Shown here: in pieces, positions 49,601 through 58,300 of the stretch | How the letters are laid out: every line of letters starts with the position of its first letter | How positions within the stretch are numbered: the first letter of the stretch is position 1 | NCBI RefSeq assembly: GCF_037042905.1 | Contig: NC_087251.1 | Coordinates: 43,092,001 to 43,156,000, forward strand | Direction of reading: 5' to 3' | Length of the DNA: 64,000 nucleotides | DNA from: Lytechinus pictus | Lineage: Eukaryota | Program-made: the position numbers and the translations under genes | The notes under the pieces: generated by a model | Told to the model about the DNA's origin: nothing | What the model saw: only the letters and a program-made list of their open reading frames with translations | Databases searched by the model: none

Positions 49601-52600
49601 TCTTTTCTTTTCCGACTTGAAAAATATTCCCGGAATATTATTAAGTTTGGATTTCCAAAAGGCATTCGATTCACTAGACCATTCTTTTTTGTTGAACGTC
49701 CTCCGATCATTCAATTTTGGAGAAGGATTTTGTAACTTTATTAAAGTTTTATATACCAATTTAGAAAGCGCGGTAATGAATCGGGGTCTGTCATCGGGTT
49801 ATTTTCCCGTTGAAAGAGGTGTTAGGCAGGGAGACCCATTGAGTCCTTATTTATTTGTTTTAGCTATAGAGACATTTGCCATAAATATTCGTGAAAACAA
49901 GACAATACATGGTTTAAAAATATCGGACAATTTAGAATTGAAATTGTCGCTGTATGCAGACGACATAACAGTTTTCCTTTCAGACAATATTTCATTTAGA
50001 CACCTTTTGAATACACTTCAGAATTTCCGAAAGGAATCATCACTCTCTATCAATATTTTCAAAACAAAGGCAATGTGGATAGGAGCCTGTAAAGATAATC
50101 AACATTCACTAGAGAATATCCAGTTTGATAAGTCTTTGACAATTCTTGGGGTAGATATAGCTTATTCACCCAATGTTTTTTCTTTACAATTGCAAAGAAC
50201 ACTTGATAAAATTAGAGTACAGTTGAATTTATGGAAATCTCGTCATTTATCTTTAATAGGCAAAATACAAATTGTCAAAACCTTTGCCTTTTCGCAATTA
50301 CTTTACCTTGCAAGTTTGTCAAAAATCCCAGATTATTATATAAAAGAAGTTAATAAGTTAGTTTTTGGGTTCATTTGGAACGGCCCTGACAGGATCAAAA
50401 GGGAGATACTTGTTAAGCAGTATGAAGATGGGGGGCTCAAAATGATATGCTTAAAATCTCTTCTACAAGTGCAAAAAGTCAAGTGGATACAAAGAGTTTT
50501 TACATCCAATTCAAAGGGATGGAAGATTATCCTGTTAACACTGCTTCAAAATGTAGGTGGTGACTTTATATTCCATTGTAATTATGATCTTAATATTTTA
50601 AACCTGACAATTCCTGAATGGTATAAAGATGTCATGCTTAGTTGGAGCACAGTATTTCAAAAAAACATAAAAATATGTAACCAAATGCTATGGAATAATA
50701 GATGCATATTACAAAATGGAAAATCTTTTTATAAGCCAGAGATAAAAAACAAAGGTTTTGTTAAAGTGTCACATATGTTGGATGAGTATGGCAGACCATT
50801 AAGATGGAAAGATGCCAAAAATAAAGGCTTAACATTTGTTGAATACTTTTTGCTTCTTGATTGTTACAAGTTTATGCCATCAAAATGGAAAGTATTTTTT
50901 CTATCTCAAAACTTTCATCCCATTGTCGACAACATTTCATTGATTCCAACTTTAACTATTGATGGCATCACTAGAGAAGTAACGGGTGTACCAAAGTATA
51001 TTTTTTACACATTTTTTATGAATGAAAATAACCCATCAATTTCGAATATATTTACACGTTTAAAAGACACTTATGGGTTTCAACAAGAAGAAGTAAGAGA
51101 ACTCTTAAAACTACCTCTACGTACTACTATAGATACGAGACTTCGAGCTTTACATTTCAAGATTATTAATAATTTGATTCCTACTAAGGTTTGGTTATTC
51201 CGTATTAACAAGGTAACTGATACACTTTGTACATTTTGTAAAGTATCACCAGAAACTCTAGTGCATCTTTTTTATTCTTGCCATGTTGTTAACCAATTTT
51301 GGAATAATGTTGGTACACTTTTTGCTTCACTAGATCTTCCTGATTTCCTCTCAGAAAGATATGTTCTTTTTGGTATCTGTAAGCCCCAAATTCCCAGATA
51401 TATATTTATATTGAACTTTCTGCTCCTGTCAGGTAAACAATATATTTTTAGATGTCGATGTGACGAAACAAAACCTACTCTCCCCCATTTTTGTAACTTT
51501 CTTTTATCATTTGAAACTGTTGAACATACCATAGCACAAAGGAAATGCAAATTAGAAAAACATGATGGCAAGTGGGCTATCATTCTGAATACTTTAAAGA
51601 GGCGATAAAGCAGAAGGCTGTTTTTGTTATGTTTATTTATTTTTTTATATAGGCCAAGTGCCTGATTTTTTTTGTGTTGTTGTATACAAACATATGTTTT
51701 TTTTTATTATATACTATTCTGTATGTTAGACATGTTATTTTATATGCCAACGTCATCTGAACTTTTATATGTGATCCATTATATCATGTATGTTTTGTTA
51801 TGTATATTTTGATGAAAAGGATCAATAAAACATGAATTACAAAAAAAACAAGTGTGTTCATGAGGAGAAGGGGTTCAAGGTCATCTAGGGGTCAAAAGAT
51901 CATTTTGCAAATTTTATTGATCGCAAAATCAGTCGAGACTTGTTTAATTAAGGATTTACTCCAAAATGCATAGGCCTATGTAATTCAACAAGCTTGTGAT
52001 TAGCTCTGTTTGAGACATCTCATTTTACTTTCGATAAAATAATGAATTAACGGACACAACTATGCATTCTTTCAGCCATATTTTAACATGCAACCACCAT
52101 TGGTTAAGCGTGTGTCATGAAATAATGTTTTATTTGTAAATTCAGGGCTTAGCTGTAAACATTTTTAGGGCAAGACCACTTTTCCAGAGGGCAGTTTTTC
52201 TATATTAATTTAAAAAGGACAAATGGAAAAACATAAGAATGGGTACAACAACTCTCCATGGACGATGAGAGAGAGATATCAATACCAGTGAACAGGAAAT
52301 CCTGGGCCATTGCTTACTATTAATTTTCAGGTATAATGTTGAGCATATAAAATATAACGTAAAAAATCTCTTTTCTACCTACTCAGATTAAGCAAGTATG
52401 TGAAGATAGCCAATGGATCCAAGGTACCTTATGATCATCTAATCATCACAACAGGTCAACAATACCAGGTAAGAATATCCCTCACGTTCTTTCTCTATTC
52501 CTCCATTTCTAAGAACCCTTTCTGGCAAACTTGACATCAATCGCAAGTAACTTGTTGGTGTCCAAATCAATCAAGTCTTGCATCAGCAGCTATAAATTTG

Positions 52601-55275
52601 GTTTGCGTCACTTGATAATGATCTATTGCTTGTATATTTGTAACTGATGTTTACGATCAATTACAAATGTTTATAACACCCCCCATGACATTGTACCATT
52701 ACTTGTTCTATAGGTGAGCTGTCCTACAGGAGCCGACGTTGGCAAACTGGTCACTAACAAGGAGGTACCCAACAATCCTGATCGCAGATACGTTGGTCCC
52801 AAACCCAAGAACGTCTTCACCATCAACGATGAGAGCAATGCTGGAAATGTCATCAAGTGGCTCAACAAGAGGTTCATAAACGCTGAAGGTAAACATAGTT
52901 TCTTTACTCTTTCTGTTATGGTAACTCCCGTAGGAACTCGGCACAACAGCTTTCTGCTGGTATAATACCAAGCTGGTATAACCAATTACATAGGAATCAT
53001 TTTACGTCTAAGTTAATCAGGCACAGTGGCTGACCTTATAGACAACAGAAATTACTCTCGGGTCTTTTTATCAAAGTAGAGACAATAGCAGAGCAGGGAT
53101 TCAAACTCGCAACCTTACGATTATGAGTCTAATGCTCTAACAACTAGACCGCACTACCCATTTTCTATGTGACATTTCATTGAAGACAGCTCAGAAAAAC
53201 CTTGATTTTACATTAGTGGCAACTCTTTTGCCTAGAATGAGGATCAGCAGGAATTGAAAGGACTGTTCTCAGACAATAAGAGGTTACCACTGTTCCAATG
53301 TTTCTTTAAAAAAAAAACAGCTTTATCGGAACTGTGCTAAAAAAAAATGATTTTGAGATCCATAGTTTTAGCATTCCAGTACTGCTATGACTTTTTGAAA
53401 ATAGTCTAAATCTGTTGCATGCCAAAAATATTATTTTGTACAAACCCAGTGATATATTACAGTCTGATCAATAACAATTTCTCATCAAGTGATAAACTGG
53501 AGCCAGGTTAATTTTGCTGCATATTCGTAGAGCGCTTTAGAGACTTGTGATAAAGTAGGTGTTAAGTGCTATATAAGCAAGTATAATCATCATTATTGCT
53601 GTCAATGTCTTGTATAAGTGAAGCTATTTAATATATCTTGACACCATATTACAAGTAACCCTTTTTGTGATGTATCATCTAGGCAAGGCCATCATATACG
53701 GTAGCAGCTTGGATGCCTATACTGCCATCAACACCCTCCTATCCCTGGGTATACCCGGTCACCGCATCGCGATGGTACAACCCCCTCAACGCTTCACCGT
53801 GACCTGCTTCAACAACCCCACCGTCCAAGAAGCGGTGCACAGCACCATGGCACAGGCCGGAGTAGAGCTCTATCAAGGCCACTTCCTGGCCCAGTGGAAT
53901 GATGGGAAGGGTGTGTCGGCGGACGGCGAGGTGTACTGCGCCTCGTTCACCTCCGAGACCAAGCCTCTCAAACTGGAGTGTTCGATGTTCTTCTGCTACA
54001 GCCGCAAGGCGGTCGACTATGAAGCTTTCAAAGGTTTGCCTTGTGATTTTTGTTTTCTTCATTCATTGATGATTTTGAATTAAATCATGGAATTAATTAT
54101 TTGAACTGCTAAAACCAAAATGTCAAACAGGCCATAGAGATATAATCCTAGCCATGGCGTGTTTTCCTTCAGCAAGAAATTAATCCACACTGTGCTGCAC
54201 TCGACCCAGGTGAGGTAAATGGGTACCAGCAGGAAGTAATTCCTCAAAAAGCTGTGTGCACCAGAATCGGTAGACTAGCTTAGCCGGGGTAATATAGGAG
54301 CGCCTTGAGCACCTAGCAAGGTGGATACGTGCGCTATACAAATCCTATATTATTATTAATATCTTGAGATACACACTACATACTATATTGTGCGCTAGCA
54401 ATGCTGGAAGTGAGGGAGAAAGGGTGTTGGAAAGAAGGTCGATTAAACCCTGATTCTGCAGTTACCATGATTTGCCTATGTGTTCTGAATCATGATTTAT
54501 GTTCGTGATTCAAGCTTATGAGGTCACTTAAACACAGGATATGTAGATTTTATAGTTTATGATAAGTTGATAAATCATCTATTTGACATCCAATAGCAAT
54601 CAATGACAGCTGCCTGGTTTATGATGGCCGGTTGGTCATCGATGCCCTCTTCCATACTAATGACCTCTCCATTAGGGCTGCAGGACCACTCACCAAGTTC
54701 CAGAGGAAGTACCAAGCAGAGCAATGGTCAGTAATGCTTTATCAAAGATCATCTTGATATTCAACCTCTTTCTTGATCAGCAAACAACAATGTTGAAAAA
54801 GAAGTATATAAAATTTGACCTTTAACTTTTGACCTCATGAATCCAAACAATATGTTCACAGGCCTTGCAAAGGAGTAAATTGATTTAAAGCCTTTGTCGA
54901 TATCAAAGATATTTTCTATTAAGTAACAAGAGTGTGACTAGATACCTTATTGAGAATTGAGAATTGAGAATTGAGAATTGATTTTATTCTGTCCATTTAG
55001 GAAAATATTCTTGTTGGCATTTACATATACACAGAAATATACAAAAACAAAGCGTAAAGATAAATTCTACAGAATATATATACAATCACACATATTTGAA
55101 GAAAAATACATAATACAAAATAATTTCAATCAAATCGGTAACATTTTACTCTTAATCATCGTTATTATTAATATAATTATCATTATTATTATTATCAATC
55201 TTATTATTATCATTATGATTATTATTATTAATTGTATTATTATTATTATTATTATTGTTATTGTCATTGTTATTA

Positions 55276-55309
<34 letters not shown>

Positions 55310-58300
55310 GTGTTTAACATTTAGATATTTTCATAATTTCTTTTTACAAGACGGGAGAACTCTTGAGGGCCTAAGCTCTTAAATTTTGTGAGGTTTTTGT
55401 GACTTTTAAAAGTCATCTAATGACAAGGTTACTTCCATGAAGAATGGTGTTCCAAATGACCAACAAAATGAAACACCATCCCAGTAAATGTAAGGCTATC
55501 AGTGTTGCGGGATACATTGGTATTTTAATCATATTGGTAGATTGGTCATTGTAATCAAGAATGTTGTATCTTCATCGTCTTCTCTCGTCTGATATTCCAT
55601 CTCCCGATCTTCTTCCCTCAGGACTCATGCCAACTTCAACTCCAAGGAGGTTGGCCGATCCCTGGCCTCTACCATGCTCCGTCTGTTTGACCCTACCATT
55701 GAGAATGACCTCGCCCCACCCCAAGAGCCTCATTGTCTCATACCCCTCTACCAGGGGGCCAAGGTACAGGGCGGGGTCATGCCAGGGGAGCTCCATTACC
55801 TCCATTACGGCAAACCCGGTCTTGACATGCCTCTAGAGGTCCAGATGGCACAGGCGGACTATGTAAGTACCATCCTTGAATGCTGTAGCGCCTGTATGTT
55901 CACTCAGCTACAGCTGGGCTAACGACATACGCAGTGGAGTTACATATTAACTAGTAAATTAAATTATGTAGTAATATCATTGGTATATCATTGTAGCAAC
56001 TCTGTTTAAAGGAAGGGGGGGGGGTAATATTTGTTTTCTGTTGTAGTAGGTGCTTGTAGTTTTATCATCCTCAAGAACTGTTCTGTATAATTTGCTCATT
56101 CTCCAAAAGGGATTTATTAGAGCAAATACACTTCAAACTTCAGTCTCATACTTTGGAATCACTGATCAGTGATTGGTAAAGAAAGGTTAACAGTAATTTG
56201 ATTTCAGTTAGTTTCAAGGTATTTCCATAGAGTATGCTTATCCAATCCCCTATATTTGGGGCCTTCAGAATATGAAAGTTTGTAATGCTCTCATTTCATC
56301 ATGGCTCAAGCAGTTCTTGAACTGAAGTAAGAATAGAGAAAAATTTGTGTCGGATGTACAAAAGATGTACAAAATGATTATACAAGTATATTGAACTGCT
56401 CATCAATCAAGTCTTCAAATTACATTTAGATTATGATATATGTGAAAATCATTCAACTTTGCACCCACTCTTCATGATTACAATACAGTTGATTATTAAT
56501 GCTTATCCTTAAAATAAGACCCATCGATCTAAGATCCTGTAAAGTTGACTGTCGTCAAGTACATCATAGATACAGATTTGCTTCAAATGGTATTTGGGTT
56601 ATGTGGTTGACATTCTACCTTTGTCTCAAAGTCTATATGATTCCTTGTTTGTATAATCCTAGGGTCGTGAGATCATAACAGTGGATTCTCAGCAGAATTA
56701 CTTCCGGCTTCATCTTAACCACTACTCTAACATCCAGACGGTCACATGCCTCTCCCATCAGGTAAATTACAAATGTCTTATTTGTTTGGCATCACCTGTG
56801 CCTGGGAGGTGAAAAGTGAACTGAATCACTATGACCTGCAGGTCTGTCCTCCCATTATGACTAGTTGGGGGGTGTGAAGGTGGACCACTCGATTTCGTGG
56901 GTTTCATAACGCTGGATTTTTTCCCCCCTACTCTTACACGAAAGGACCAGTAGTCAGGATTATTGCTAGTCAAGAAAACATATACACCTAAGGAAAAGTT
57001 GTCAATGTGTCTATAGGTATTTCGGATTCAATGACTGAGGTAATAATTTATATATATAACTGCAGAATATTACTATCGTTATTGAGTTTATTTCATTTGT
57101 CTCATTCCTTTAAATTCCAGCCGATCGACGTGTCCAACCTGTTGTGCCTGTACAACGTCCACGAGAGATTCTTGAACAACCTGGTATCAAGGTTCGATGA
57201 AGGACTCGTCAAAGATCTCTACTCTTACTTCCGAGAGACGTGGAGTCTAGCCATCTTCCATGATAGATTCACAGACTTCAGACAGGAGGTCAGAGAGCTC
57301 CTTGTCCAGAGACCGGTCAGTACATCACAATCAGAGATTGCACTTCTCAAGATGATTATATTTTGTAATTGTTTATTTTCCATCAAAGAACAAAATAGCT
57401 TTAGGTGGGTGTTTCATAAAGCTGTTCGTAAGATACGAATGACTTTAAGCATGACTGGTGATTCTTTCTTGTGCTATGATGACCTAAGAACATGTTCCAG
57501 CCGTGCGTAAAGTTGTGCGTAACTTTACAAACAGCTTTATGAAACACCCACCAGGAAAAGAAATTGGTTACAGCAGGAAAGGATCAGTCCGAACAGTGGC
57601 TGATCTCGGCAGGGGCGCAAGGGATGCGTCCCCTTTGCATTTTGAGAACCATCCATTGAACATCAATTATATAGTATATCAATTATCAAGTATACTGTAA
57701 TCTAAGGAGGTGGTCATCTGTGCCCCCTCTATTACCAACTTTGCTCTTTGTGCCCCATTTGTTCAGAAAGCTTGGACCCGCGACTGCTGAAGATCTCTAA
57801 GAGCATATTGTACATTCTTTGAAAAGCCCTTTTGTTTGTATTCCAGAAACAAAATACCCCTGGGGCTTCACAGAAACTGCACCGTTACCCCCCCAGCCAC
57901 AGGTTTCTGTTAGGACCTAGACCTAAAACCATTCAGCACTATGCTAACTCAGATTTATACAATTTCCTGTGGCATCAGACGCACACATCTTTGATTCGGG
58001 TTTAAGTTAAGCTACATGTGAAGTACAACATTTTCTTTAATACCCCCCCCCCACCATGCTTTGCAATGCTGCATCACATTATGTCAAAAGTATGTTTGTG
58101 CCATCCTTTATGATGAGCCATAGTAATCAGCTTTTTCTCGCACAAATGACCTAGTATTTTCCTAGGTAGCCTACATCTCAAAGTTTGCTACCCGCCAAAT
58201 TATACCAAGTCTTGACATTGAATCTCTGAATATGCCAGATTCCAAAGTAAAGAAGTTTTTTTTGGTTTGCTTTTTTTTCTCCTCAGGCCGTTGATGTGAA

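Larger units (their letters stand above)
46027..51847 (+). mobile_element. Full-length L1/Tx1-clade non-LTR retrotransposon
   Basis: 5'UTR, ORF1, about 770-bp spacer, ORF2, T-rich 3'UTR, AATAAA at 51824 and a short A-tail. Target-site duplication ACAAGTG at 46020-46026 and 51848-51854. Removing the element rejoins a repeat unit like the one at 45421-45510. Confidence 0.92.

Noticed and set aside
54978..55382. 134-aa hydrophobic poly-Ile ORF
   Set aside because: Translation of an (ATT)n microsatellite.
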